From an uncultured delta proteobacterium (GTDB lineage Bacteria; Desulfobacterota; BSN033; UBA1163), in the NCBI GenBank assembly GCA_963708295.1, contig CAVPSJ010000015.1, positions 96,001 through 160,000 of the forward strand: DNA of 64,000 nt, written 5' to 3'. Below are positions 12,374-21,842 of the stretch, piece after piece. Under the pieces are notes generated by a model that was not told where the DNA came from, ran no database searches, and was given only the letters and a program-made list of their open reading frames with translations. The position numbers and the translations under genes are program-made. Each line of letters opens with the position of its first letter. Position 1 is the stretch's first letter.

Positions 12374-13322
12374 ATGAAGAGAATCGTAGCGTCATTCGTG
12401 ATCATTCTGCTTCTGATGACGGCAGGGACTGCATTTGGTCGAAGAGAAGGTAAAGATCGGTTATCTTCGCATTGTCGATTAGCCTGCCCACCTTTGTGGC
12501 GGTGGAGAAAGGCCTTTTCGAGCAGGAGGGGCTGAAGGTGGAGCTTACCCCTTTTGAGTCAGGCACGTTGATCGTCAGTGCCCTGATGGCGGGCAGGATC
12601 GATGCCAACGCCTGCAGCGCCATTACCGGGTTCTGGTTCGCCGAACAGAGCACGCCGGATCAATTCAAGATCTTTTTGACGTACGGGACCCCTTCTCGGA
12701 AGAACCCGAGCTTTGTGGCAGTGGTGAAGAAGGACTCCCCGCTGAAGGATTTAAGGGATCTCAAGGGGAAGCGGGTTGGGACATACCCCGGTGCCTCCTC
12801 TGTAGAATTGGCCAGGGCGATCATCCGCACTCAGATGGACCCAGCGGGTGTTATCTTTCAAGAAGTGCCCCCTACGATTCTCATTTCCGCACTTAGCCGC
12901 CGGACAGATTGATGCCTTCTTTGCACCGGAGCCGATGGGGATGATCGCGATCTCTCAAGGGATAGGAAGGCACCTGGTAGAGGAACCCTTCGGTCTCCTT
13001 GGGCTGGAGAAAGGATTCGCCGGGCGCAGGTTTTGGCTTTTCGTCTCAATTCCTAAAACAGAACCCCATGCTTGCGAAGAAACTTAAAGCCTTGTACTAC
13101 AAGGCCGTCGATCTTATCGAGAAGGACGAAAAGGCTGCTCGACCTTTGCTGCCAAAATACACGGGCCTTTCTGAATCGATCGCCATGAATATACCCATCC
13201 AAAAGTGGATGAAGATCGAGACACTCGACAAGGAGGCGACACAACAATATTTTGATCTTCTTTACAAAGAGGGGGCCTATAAGAAGAAGGTTGATACGAC
13301 GAAGTTGTACTATCAGGACTAA
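12374..13322 (+). CDS. ABC transporter substrate-binding protein (SsuA/NMT1-like), frameshifted
   Basis: AGGAGG-ATG and signal peptide MKRIVASFVIILLLMTAGTAF, continuing through ORFs 12472-12912, 12848-13087 and 12999-13322 (EKGLFEQEGLKVEL, DLKGKRVG). Confidence 0.8.
13282..13322 (+). repeat. 41-bp direct repeat, copy 1 (3' end of the SBP gene)
   Basis: 35/41 identity with 15082-15122. Confidence 0.8.
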
Positions 13323-13404
13323 ATAAGAGGAAGCAGCCGATTTCTCAGTCGGACATGGCGAATGGTTTCATCACGCGCACCTCTCGTAGGTTGTACTCTG
13401 TTTC

Positions 13405-14911
13405 CTATAACTGTCTTTTGGCAATCTTTCCTGTGCTCAACTTGGGCAAGGAATCTTTGAATTCGAGTTGCCGAGGCATCTTAAAACTGGCCAGTCTTTC
13501 TTTACAGAAGGATAGGATCTCCTGATGCGTCGCTGTTTCACCATGCTTCAAGACAACAACCGCCCTTATCACTTGACCCCGTTTAGCATCCGGGATCCCG
13601 ACCGCAGCTGCTTCCTGGACTTTGGGATGGTTAAGCAATACGGTCTCTACCTCTGATGGATAGACATTGAGACCTCCGCTGATGATCATATCGTCAGCCC
13701 GACCCAGGACATACAGATAACCCTCTTCATCAAATCGTCCTAAGTCTCCGGAATGATACCATCCGTCCTTAATCTTTTTTGCCGTGGCCTCAGGATCTTT
13801 GAAATAACCTTTCATGATTTGAGGCCCACGGGCAATAATCTCCCCTATCTGACCTACTTCGACTTCTTTTCCATCTTGACCGATGATCTTCAGCTCCGCC
13901 CTGGGAGCTGCTTTCCCAACACTCGCCATCTTCCGTTTGAGCATCCTTCAAATGAGTATGGGTCAGAAGAGGAGAGGTTTCGGTTGCTCCGTAGCCCTGA
14001 ACAGGTTGGAGGTGTGGATATCTTTCTCCAAGGTCCTTCATCAACTGTTCCGGAACGACCGTCCCCATCATAGAGATTACTCTTAAACTGGAACAATCAT
14101 ACCGCTCCCAATGGGGAATATTCAAAATCAATTGGAAAATGGAGGGAGTACCAGGTAAATAAGTAATCCGATGGTTTTGGATCGCATCGAGAATTTTCTT
14201 CGGTTTCATCTCATCAATGACAGAGACCGACATCCCGGATTCCACCATCAAATTCAGGATGCAGGGACCAACGATGTGAGAGATGGGGAGAACAAGACCA
14301 TAGGTGTCTTGTTCAGAGATGAGCATGGCATGACGTACCGTTTCAGGGAAGCAGGTGAGATGATCGTTGGTGAGAACGACCCCCTTCGGTCTTCCTGTCG
14401 TCCCAGAGGTATAAAGGTAGAGGGATTCATCTTCTTCTTGAAGGGGAATCGAAATTTTTTCAGAGGATTCCTTTTCGATGATCTCTTCATAGGAGTGCCA
14501 ATCCCTGATATCTTCGCCCTCGGCCCCCGTCACCACAATATGCTGCAAGGTAGGAACACTCTTTAGCACGCGATCAATGAAAACTTTCTGCCTGACATTG
14601 GTAATCATGGCGGAAACCTCCGCCTCCTGAAAGATCGGCTCCATTTCGGCAGGGCTGAGACGAACATCGAGGACCACGGCGATCGCTCCAATTTTCAGGA
14701 TGGCAAAGTAAGCCACACAGAACTCAGGACAGTTTTGAAAAAGTAGGACAACGCGATCTCCCTTTTTGACCCCAACCTTGAGGAGTCGATTAGCTAATCG
14801 GTTAGAGAGGGTGTTAAGGTCAGAGAAGGTAATCTTCTCTTCCTTGAACAGAATGGCAGGTTTCGTTGGCCTTTCCTTGGCCTGCTTTTCTAAATAATCT
14901 CTTACGATCAT
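13405..14911 (-). CDS. Acyl-CoA synthetase (AMP-forming CoA ligase), one frameshift near 13940
   Basis: YTSGTTGRPKG, GYGATE, GWYHSGDLG, GGLNVYPSEVE and PKLSTGKI motifs across two ORFs. Confidence 0.9.
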
Positions 14912-15081
14912 AACGATCCTTATTTATCCAAATTTTGTCGATAAACGTAAAATGCTTTCTCAAATAAGTCAACCATTCGACTCCCAATGATACTTATTCT
15001 GCCGTTGACAACTCAATATAAATAGGTTAATCGAAATTAATTATTTGAATTAGAACCTACGAGTTGAAGCCTTCCGCTCAC

Positions 15082-15122
15082 AGAAGAAGATTGATACGAC
15101 AAAGTTGTACTACGAGAATTAA
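15082..15122 (+). repeat. 41-bp direct repeat, copy 2 (orphan SBP 3' end encoding KKIDTTKLYYEN*)
   Basis: Matches 13282-13322 at an offset of exactly 1800 bp. Confidence 0.8.
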
Positions 15123-15131
15123 CTCAGGAGG

Positions 15132-15980
15132 ATGAAAAGGACCGTGGCTGCGCAAGATACAATGATACCCATGGATACAGTATTATCGGCGGATGCCGTT
15201 AGTCAGGAAGAGGCAATGCAGTGCTGGGATGACGGCGCTGAGGAATTCGCCGGGCGTTTCAAGAGAAATGAGGAATTTTTTCATAAGCATGTCATTAATC
15301 CTACCCTCCTCGATCTCCTTGGCGATGTTAAAGGCAAGGCCGTCCTCGATGTCGCATGCGGGGAAGGGCACTTTTCTCGGAAGTTGGCTGAACAAGCCAA
15401 GGGCGACATTCAGATCACCGGTATTGACGCTTCAAAAAAGCTGATTGACATTGCTCAAAAGAAAAATGAACCCTTTTCACATTGTATTAGGTTTCTGGTT
15501 GGCGATGCGAGCCGCCTGGACCAGTTATCGTCGAATTCTTTTGACGTCGTTGTCTGTAATATGGCCCTCATGTTTATCAAGCGATATGAGGAAACGATCC
15601 AAGAGGTCGCCCGCGTCTTAAAACCACAGGGGCTCTTCGTTTTTTCTCTTCTCCATCCCTGTTTTTTAACCCCGGGTTCGGGATGGATTTTAGAAGATTC
15701 TCCTGACGGGAAGAAGGGGAAGCGAATCGGGTGGAAGACGGACAATTATCATCTCGGGCTTGTTTATCATGGTGTCATGGCGGTATGTGATACAAAGGAA
15801 ACTTATTATTTTTGCCGTACCTTGGAGGATTATTTTCGTGCCCTGCGAAAAGGTGGATTTGTGGTAGAGGATCTTCGAGAACCCTTACCTCCTAAAGAAC
15901 TGATGGAGAGGCATCCCAATTTCAAGGGTGAGGAGAAGAGGTCGATCATGCTTATGATGAAATGCAAACGACTCGTGTGA
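15132..15980 (+). CDS. Class I SAM-dependent methyltransferase
   Basis: VLDVACGEG motif I, FDVVVCNMAL and RVLKPQG. Confidence 0.92.
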   Translation: MKRTVAAQDTMIPMDTVLSADAVSQEEAMQCWDDGAEEFAGRFKRNEEFFHKHVINPTLLDLLGDVKGKAVLDVACGEGHFSRKLAEQAKGDIQITGIDASKKLIDIAQKKNEPFSHCIRFLVGDASRLDQLSSNSFDVVVCNMALMFIKRYEETIQEVARVLKPQGLFVFSLLHPCFLTPGSGWILEDSPDGKKGKRIGWKTDNYHLGLVYHGVMAVCDTKETYYFCRTLEDYFRALRKGGFVVEDLREPLPPKELMERHPNFKGEEKRSIMLMMKCKRLV

Positions 15981-16126
15981 TCCCCGTGTCTCCCCATCCA
16001 TCATTTCCGATCCTTCGATATGTTCTTGCCATAGTAAAAAAGGAAAGGTTCTTTATCGGAACCGAATTTCCTTACCTCTTTATTTAACGCCTTGGCGACT
16101 CTTCGACATCATAGGTGTGTTTAAAC

Positions 16127-16157
16127 TTGACATTTCTGAAGGCATATTCTAATATGC
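16127..16157 (+). promoter_or_regulatory. sigma70 promoter of vapBC with an overlapping palindromic operator
   Basis: TTGACA(16127)-N17-TAATAT(16150). The palindrome GCATATT-CT-AATATGC (16142-16157) covers the -10 box. Confidence 0.7.
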
Positions 16158-16185
16158 TACAGAAAGATGTTTCTGGAGGCATATT

Positions 16186-16440
16186 ATGAGAACAACACTG
16201 GCAATAAAAGAAGATTTACTTGAGGAGGTAAAAGCCTTGTCAGGCGTAAAAACAAAGAAGGAAGCCGTAGAGAGGGCTCTTGAGGAGTTTATTCGAAGAA
16301 GAAAAGCAAAGAAGTTGCTTGATTACGAAGGGAAAATGGAGCTTTCCTACACCCTGAGCCGGTTGACGAAAAAGGAGAAAAGATGTTCCTCATCGATAGC
16401 TTCGTCTGGGTTGAATACCTTCGTCCAAAAGGGTCCATGA
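16186..16440 (+). CDS. vapB: VapB-type antitoxin (RHH)
   Basis: MRTTLAIKEDLLEEVKALSGVKTKKEAVERALEEFIRR, located upstream of a PIN gene. Confidence 0.88.
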   Translation: MRTTLAIKEDLLEEVKALSGVKTKKEAVERALEEFIRRRKAKKLLDYEGKMELSYTLSRLTKKEKRCSSSIASSGLNTFVQKGP

Positions 16441-16778
16441 AGGTTAAAGATAGGCTTAGAGAAATCCTCCAGAAAGAAGAAGCGCTTTCCTGTGGAGTGG
16501 TTCTCGTGGAGATATTAAGGGGCGCCAAAAGTGAGAAAGACTTTCAAGCCTTGCATGATTCTCTCATATCTCTTCCTCAAATCCCTATAGATGACGGAGT
16601 GATCGAAAGAGCTTCGAAATGGGGATTTCTATTGGATAGAAAAGGTAAGTCCATTTCCACTACCGATTTGCTCATCGCCGCCGCAGCCTACGAGAAAGCC
16701 CGTCTTTTACATGCAGACAGTGATTTCGAGATCATTTCTTCTATGGTCGATCTGGTTGAAGAAAGAGTAGAATTATAA
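16383..16778 (+). CDS. vapC: VapC PIN-domain toxin
   Basis: LIDSFVWV, E.LRG, DLLIAA and LLHADSDF acidic PIN motifs. Confidence 0.92.
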   Translation: MFLIDSFVWVEYLRPKGSMKVKDRLREILQKEEALSCGVVLVEILRGAKSEKDFQALHDSLISLPQIPIDDGVIERASKWGFLLDRKGKSISTTDLLIAAAAYEKARLLHADSDFEIISSMVDLVEERVEL

Positions 16779-17130
16779 TGATTCCCTATGAGCGGGCGAA
16801 ACGAAGGACGGTCATGGGGCACGAGGAAGCACTTCATGAGGTCTCCCTTAATCCCCTGGGCGAAATCAAATTGCCCGACCAAGAACTGGTGCCGCGGACA
16901 TTAGGACAGGGCTAGTAATTGGATTAAAGAGACACAAGCTGGCTTCATTTCTTGGCTAGTTTTTCTTTGCCAGTTCAATTCTTGCTTCTCGCCTGGCAGT
17001 TAACCTCCGAGATGTTAAAGCTTTCTTCCTGTAATATTCTTTTCCCTAATTCTTAAAAAAAGTGTATCTTACAAATGCAAATGAGCAATGCAACTATGCC
17101 TCGCATAAATGATTTGGGGGTCAATTACAA

Positions 17131-17559
17131 ATGAGACTCTGGGCCAAGATTTTACTCGGCACTGTCATCATAGTCGTTCTTCTTGTCGGGTATCTTTTTT
17201 ATGGGTTCTATAGATTCTCCGTAGGAGGGTGTGAAAACGAAATAGTGTCGGAGATTCCCAACCCTGACAAAACACTAAAGGCGGTCATTTTCCAAAGGAG
17301 TTGCGGGGCAACTACTGGTTTCAACACCCAGATTTCTGTGCTCCAAATATCAAGGTCTCTTCCAGATGATGACGGTAACATTTTTGTAGCAGATACCAAT
17401 CATGGCAGAGCACGAAGTGCAGCTTGGGGTGGCCCAGAAGCTAAAGTCTACTGGGAAACTTCTCGCAAATTAGTTATTGAGCACCAAATAATGGCTCGTG
17501 TTTTCATGGCGGAAAAGCAAATTGATGGAATTGTTGTAGAGTACATAGGGACATTGTAA
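17131..17559 (+). CDS. Hypothetical membrane-anchored protein (DUF5412-like)
   Basis: N-terminal TM helix, then CENEIVSEIPNPD..KAVIFQRSCGATTGF. Lower GC than flanking genes. Confidence 0.7.
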   Translation: MRLWAKILLGTVIIVVLLVGYLFYGFYRFSVGGCENEIVSEIPNPDKTLKAVIFQRSCGATTGFNTQISVLQISRSLPDDDGNIFVADTNHGRARSAAWGGPEAKVYWETSRKLVIEHQIMARVFMAEKQIDGIVVEYIGTL

Positions 17560-17769
17560 GTGCCTAACAATCTCATCAACCCATCTCTCTCCAATGGAAA
17601 TCATCACCCCTTGATATTATGTAGGCTCAATGACTTGTAGGTGCTATACGTAATTAGGGATTTACGTCAGATGAGATTGCATCAGCTACCTTACGGTGGA
17701 TTCGTGACATGGGGAAAAGATGGATAGGAAGATACGGAGACACGGTGATGGGGAGATCGAGACAGGAAG

Positions 17770-17838
17770 CTGTCATTGCGAGGAACGAGAGCGACGCGGC
17801 AATCTGTTGAGATTGCTTCGCTTAGCTCGCAATGACAG
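17770..17838. repeat. REP-like palindrome CTGTCATTGCGAG...CTCGCAATGACAG
   Basis: 13-bp perfect outer inverted repeat and an inner GCAATCT/AGATTGC pair. It supplies the stop codon of mutY. Confidence 0.85.
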
Positions 17839-18976
17839 TCCGTTGGGTTCCAATGTATTAGCGATTCTTCGGTGAATGCGGGACATTGGGAAAAGGGAAA
17901 GGTCCTTCAGGAAGACCCATTTTCCTCTTCCTTTTCCGTCGATGACCGACAGTGAAAAACGTGGAGCGTGAGCTTGAAGTGGGAGAAAGTCTGTCTGGAA
18001 AGTTCCGATAGACTCTTTGACTTCGGCGGTCATTCCCATCTCACTCTTGATGTTATGTCTTAACCTAAACCTCGAACTTCTTTTCACCTCAATAGTCCAG
18101 TTTGGAAATTCCCAGAGTCCTCCCAAAAGTCCCCGCGGCGGCCTTTGCCGCAGAAGAACTTTTCCATTCTCGCTGAATCACGGCGGAGATCGCCTCGATA
18201 TGGGGAATCTTCTTCTTAAGGATTTTTGTCGGGAATCTCTCCGGATCTCCGGAGGCCCTTCCGTTACAAAGATCAAGGAGGGGGCATTCAGGGCATTGGG
18301 GTTCTTTGGGGGTGCAGATCATCGCGCCCAAATCCATCAGGCCCTGGTTAAAGGAGCTCGCCTTGCCTTTCGGAATGAGAGATTCAGAGAGATGCCAGAG
18401 ACGGACTTCGCTCTTGCCCCCGGCCGGTGGTTCTGCGATGGCAAAGAGCCTGGACAGCACCCTCTTCACATTTCCATCCAGAACAGGTGCTTCTTTATTG
18501 AAGGCAATAGAGAGGATGGCTCCTGCTGTGTAACGGCCGATACCCGGGAAGGTGCGAAGGTCCGTTAGGTTATCCGGAATTTTCCCATTAAAATCGTTTG
18601 AAACGATCCGAGAGGCGCGGTGGAGGTTTCTGGCCCTTGAATAATAGCCCAGCCCTTCCCAGACTTTTAAGACCTTTGAGAGATCGGCCTTCGCCAAATG
18701 GCGGACGGTGGGAAAAGCTTTTAGAAATCTTAGGTAATAGGGAATCACCGTGGCTACCTGGGTTTGCTGGAGCATGATCTCCGAAACCCAGATGGCATAA
18801 GGATCCCTGGTTTTTCTCCAGGGAAGGTCTCTTCCGTTTTCCTTATACCATTGGAGAAGTTTTGCCTGAATTTTTCTTCTTCGGGGGATGTCAGATGTAG
18901 CGTCGGCATTTACTGCCGACGGAATTCTCGTTTTAATTCGCCCCCAATAAATGGGGGCGCTACGATTCTTGTTCAA
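17773..18976 (-). CDS. mutY: A/G-specific adenine glycosylase, frameshifted near 18170 and 17995
   Basis: WVSEIMLQQTQV, WEGLGYYSRARNL, PGIGRYTAGAI, the Fe-S motif CTPKEPQCPECPL, and a NUDIX-like GGLWEFP segment in the second ORF. Confidence 0.92.
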
Positions 18977-18991
18977 GGGGCTAATAATTGG

Positions 18992-19954
18992 TTAGATCAG
19001 GCTGCAGCACATCTCAACGAATTTCGTATCGAGACCGATTTCTTTTGCATAATCGATGGTTCCCTGCAAGGGGTACGCGATGGTGTTGATTCCGGAGTCG
19101 ATCGCCCCTTTCTCCATTGCTGCTTTCCATGGATGGGCTGGCCGGATACACCCCATTCGGATGGGAGTGCCAGGATTAAGAATACGGGCGATCGCTGCAA
19201 TCTTGGATATTTCCTCCGGATTGGGGACTCTGAAACGATTTTCTCCGTCGGGTTGCAGGTTTTTGAGGATGACCAAAACAATGGTTTCAACGGCGACGCG
19301 AGTCACCATCTCTAAAGCCCGCCATTCTCCCCGGATCTCTCCAAAGTGATGTCCGATGATGATGTGCGGAGCGAGGCGATGCCCCATCTCTTTTAACATC
19401 CAGAGTGTTTCTTCGTAATCTTCCACTCTTTTGTTGAGATGGTAGACTTCGCGAATCGTGTTCTCGTCGCCGATGACATCGATCAGAATCTGATCAACCG
19501 CCGCGTCTTTGAGTTTTTCAGCGATTTCCCTTCGAATAAGACCGGTGTGAACGATGACCTTAAATTGTGGGTTCTTCTTTTTCAGGGACTTCAACGATGG
19601 GATGAATCGTTCCAGGGGGACTTCCCCATTAAGGTTTGCTCCCCCGCTCACCAAAATACCCTGAGCCCCCTTGAGCCGAAGCTGGTCAACCGCCTCGGAA
19701 AAGGTTTCAGGGTCTGCCGCAGGGATCATCGACTCAAGAAGTTTTCCTTTGCAGTGTGCACATCGAAGATCACAATGGTCTCCCGTCACACTGATTGCTG
19801 CAAAACGGTCTTTTTGAAGAGAAAGTGTATCGTCATGGTAATGAACAGTCCCGGGGATAGAAAAGGCAAGTTCATTGCCGAAATGGGCCTTTCGAAGCCG
19901 GAAAGCTTCGGATTGAAGAACAGTTAATGGAGTTTGGATTAATTCCCGAATCAT
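18992..19954 (-). CDS. Radical SAM protein, LipS1-type lipoyl synthase subunit
   Basis: CDLRCAHC, GCIR and a C-terminal CC motif, in an operon with a lipoate ligase. The probable start is ATG 19954 because the longer ORF start lies in a repeat. Confidence 0.8.
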   Translation of the reverse strand: MIRELIQTPLTVLQSEAFRLRKAHFGNELAFSIPGTVHYHDDTLSLQKDRFAAISVTGDHCDLRCAHCKGKLLESMIPAADPETFSEAVDQLRLKGAQGILVSGGANLNGEVPLERFIPSLKSLKKKNPQFKVIVHTGLIRREIAEKLKDAAVDQILIDVIGDENTIREVYHLNKRVEDYEETLWMLKEMGHRLAPHIIIGHHFGEIRGEWRALEMVTRVAVETIVLVILKNLQPDGENRFRVPNPEEISKIAAIARILNPGTPIRMGCIRPAHPWKAAMEKGAIDSGINTIAYPLQGTIDYAKEIGLDTKFVEMCCSLI

Positions 19955-20028
19955 TTGATTATTTACAATGTTAGTATAAATCCGAAATACAGCAGGTATA
20001 TTAATGAACCCAAAAGAATTTCTTATAA

Positions 20029-20126
20029 AATCCCTCCCCACCTCCCTTTGCCTGCTCCCTGGCAGGGAAAACACACCAAAGGGAGGAATACCCCCCTCTT
20101 TGGCAAAGAGGGGGAGGGGGAGATTT
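20029..20126. repeat. REP-like double hairpin (CCTCCCTTTG..CAAAGGGAGG, CCCTCTTTG-G-CAAAGAGGG)
   Basis: Same style as the DUF559-flanking palindromes and 59892-59989. Confidence 0.7.
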
Positions 20127-20140
20127 TCCGAAAATTGTGT

Positions 20141-21184
20141 CTAGTCAATTATGGAGTTCTTATTAAATCCCAACTGGGTTCTTATTTCTTCAATATCTTC
20201 CGCTTCGGGCATAAAGGGAAAGTTTCGAATCGGGCCCGAAGGTCGCTCATTCCCATAGGGCCGGTTGCAGGCCACTTTCCCGTCCCTGCCAGGACACCCG
20301 GAGGTCATAAAGGGTTCTCCGATCCGAACAAGGGGCTCGACGTCCGTCCCGAAATCGATCAATCTTCCGCTTTCGTCAAACTTCATCTGGGTGGCTGAAC
20401 CGAGGGATTCATTGATGATCCAGCGGGCAAGCTGGATTCTCCGGTACTGGTCAAGGGGAGGGGAGGAATGCTTTTCCATGGGACTTCCTTTCTCAGGAAA
20501 GAACGAGAAGAGATGGGTATGGGTCCCCATGTCTTGTCCTCGCTGAATCGCCTCGACCATCTCCTTTTCTGTTTCCCCCAGGCCGACGATGAGATGGATT
20601 CCAACATAAGATCTTCCGAAGACAGAAACGGCCATGCGGGTCACCTCCCAGTAATGATTCCACTGATGAGGGCCTCCTACCCCTGTTCCCCGCAATTGAT
20701 CGAAAAGTTGAGGTGTTGCGGCGTCAATGGCAATTCCAACCCGGTCCGCTCCTGCCTTCTTCATGGCCACGAGAGAACCTTCGGTGCGGATCAATGTCGG
20801 AGAGAGGAGGACGCTTATAAACAGATCGGTCTCTTCTCTCAATCTTTCAATCACATAAAGGGTATCCTCCATCGCCTTCGGATGGGTGATCATCGAGATG
20901 CAAACGCGATGGATTTGATCTTTGCCCTTTGTCCTTTCGATGATTTCCTCCAGCGGGTAGAGAGGCCAGTCCACCCTGATAAAAGTTTTCCCCTTTGGGC
21001 CTTCTTGCCTTGATTTCGAAAGCCCACAGAAATGGCATCTTCCCAGACAACCCTCGTCATAATGAAGGAGAAGGTTCAACCCCTTCAATTTCGCATTGCG
21101 GTGAAAAGATCCCGATTGAAACCCTAAGGTCAGAGAGGCAGCCAAACTGGTCTGAATAAATTGAGGACTAACTTTTTGTTCCAT
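20141..21184 (-). CDS. Radical SAM protein, LipS2-type lipoyl synthase subunit
   Basis: CLGRCHFC, FIRVDWP and a TSGCPG...CNRP motif. Confidence 0.82.
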   Translation of the reverse strand: MEQKVSPQFIQTSLAASLTLGFQSGSFHRNAKLKGLNLLLHYDEGCLGRCHFCGLSKSRQEGPKGKTFIRVDWPLYPLEEIIERTKGKDQIHRVCISMITHPKAMEDTLYVIERLREETDLFISVLLSPTLIRTEGSLVAMKKAGADRVGIAIDAATPQLFDQLRGTGVGGPHQWNHYWEVTRMAVSVFGRSYVGIHLIVGLGETEKEMVEAIQRGQDMGTHTHLFSFFPEKGSPMEKHSSPPLDQYRRIQLARWIINESLGSATQMKFDESGRLIDFGTDVEPLVRIGEPFMTSGCPGRDGKVACNRPYGNERPSGPIRNFPFMPEAEDIEEIRTQLGFNKNSIID

Positions 21185-21358
21185 GGGTTTTCCTTCTTTT
21201 CTTAAAATCTCGTAGTGTAAAGAGCTACTGATAAGGCCATTATTGTTTAGACACCATCGATTGGCATCTATTAGGCTCTTATGGCATTTGTGTGGATCGT
21301 GTCTTTATCCCCTTACCTTTATCCCCCTTAGGCAAGGGTTTCTTGCCTTCATCCCCCC

Positions 21359-21842
21359 TCTTAACCCCACCTCGCCTCCCCTTAATCTAAGGGGAGGTAG
21401 GGAGGGGTTAAGGGTTATGAGGGGTTGCCTTCAACGTCAGTCCGGCCAGGACGCTCTCTAGATCATGCAGTACTTCATTATCCCAGAACCGGGTCACTTC
21501 AACACCATGAGCTTTCAGATATTCGGAACGGGCTGAATCATATTCCTTATTCTCGGGCTGGTTGTGCTGTCCACCGTCCAATTCTATTGCGAGCTTCAAG
21601 GCCGGAGAGTAGAAGTCTAAAATATAAGGACCTATGCTGTACTGACGAAAAAATTTCATTCCATAGGACCGCTTGTTCCGTAGGTGCGTCCAGAGGGCCT
21701 TCTCTGCCTCAGTCTGATTGCGCCTCAGGTCTCGTCGCCTTGGCTTTAACGTCGGATCATTCCGCAAGAATTTCATAATCCTTTCCCGCCTCTTAACTCC
21801 AGCTCGCCTCCCCTTAATTTAAGGGGAGGTAGGGAGGGGTTA
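21359..21842. mobile_element. DUF559 gene bracketed by two 52-bp palindromic direct repeats (21359-21410 and 21791-21842)
   Basis: Copies are 49/52 identical. Each folds as TAAC(C/T)CC..CCTCCCCTTA-loop-TAAGGGGAGG..GGGGTTA. Confidence 0.7.
21408..21776 (-). CDS. DUF559 (Vsr-like PD-(D/E)XK) endonuclease
   Basis: RRRDLRRNQTEAEKALW..LR, KFFRQYSIGPYILDFY, AIELDGGQH and RFWDNEV. Confidence 0.92.
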   Translation of the reverse strand: MKFLRNDPTLKPRRRDLRRNQTEAEKALWTHLRNKRSYGMKFFRQYSIGPYILDFYSPALKLAIELDGGQHNQPENKEYDSARSEYLKAHGVEVTRFWDNEVLHDLESVLAGLTLKATPHNP

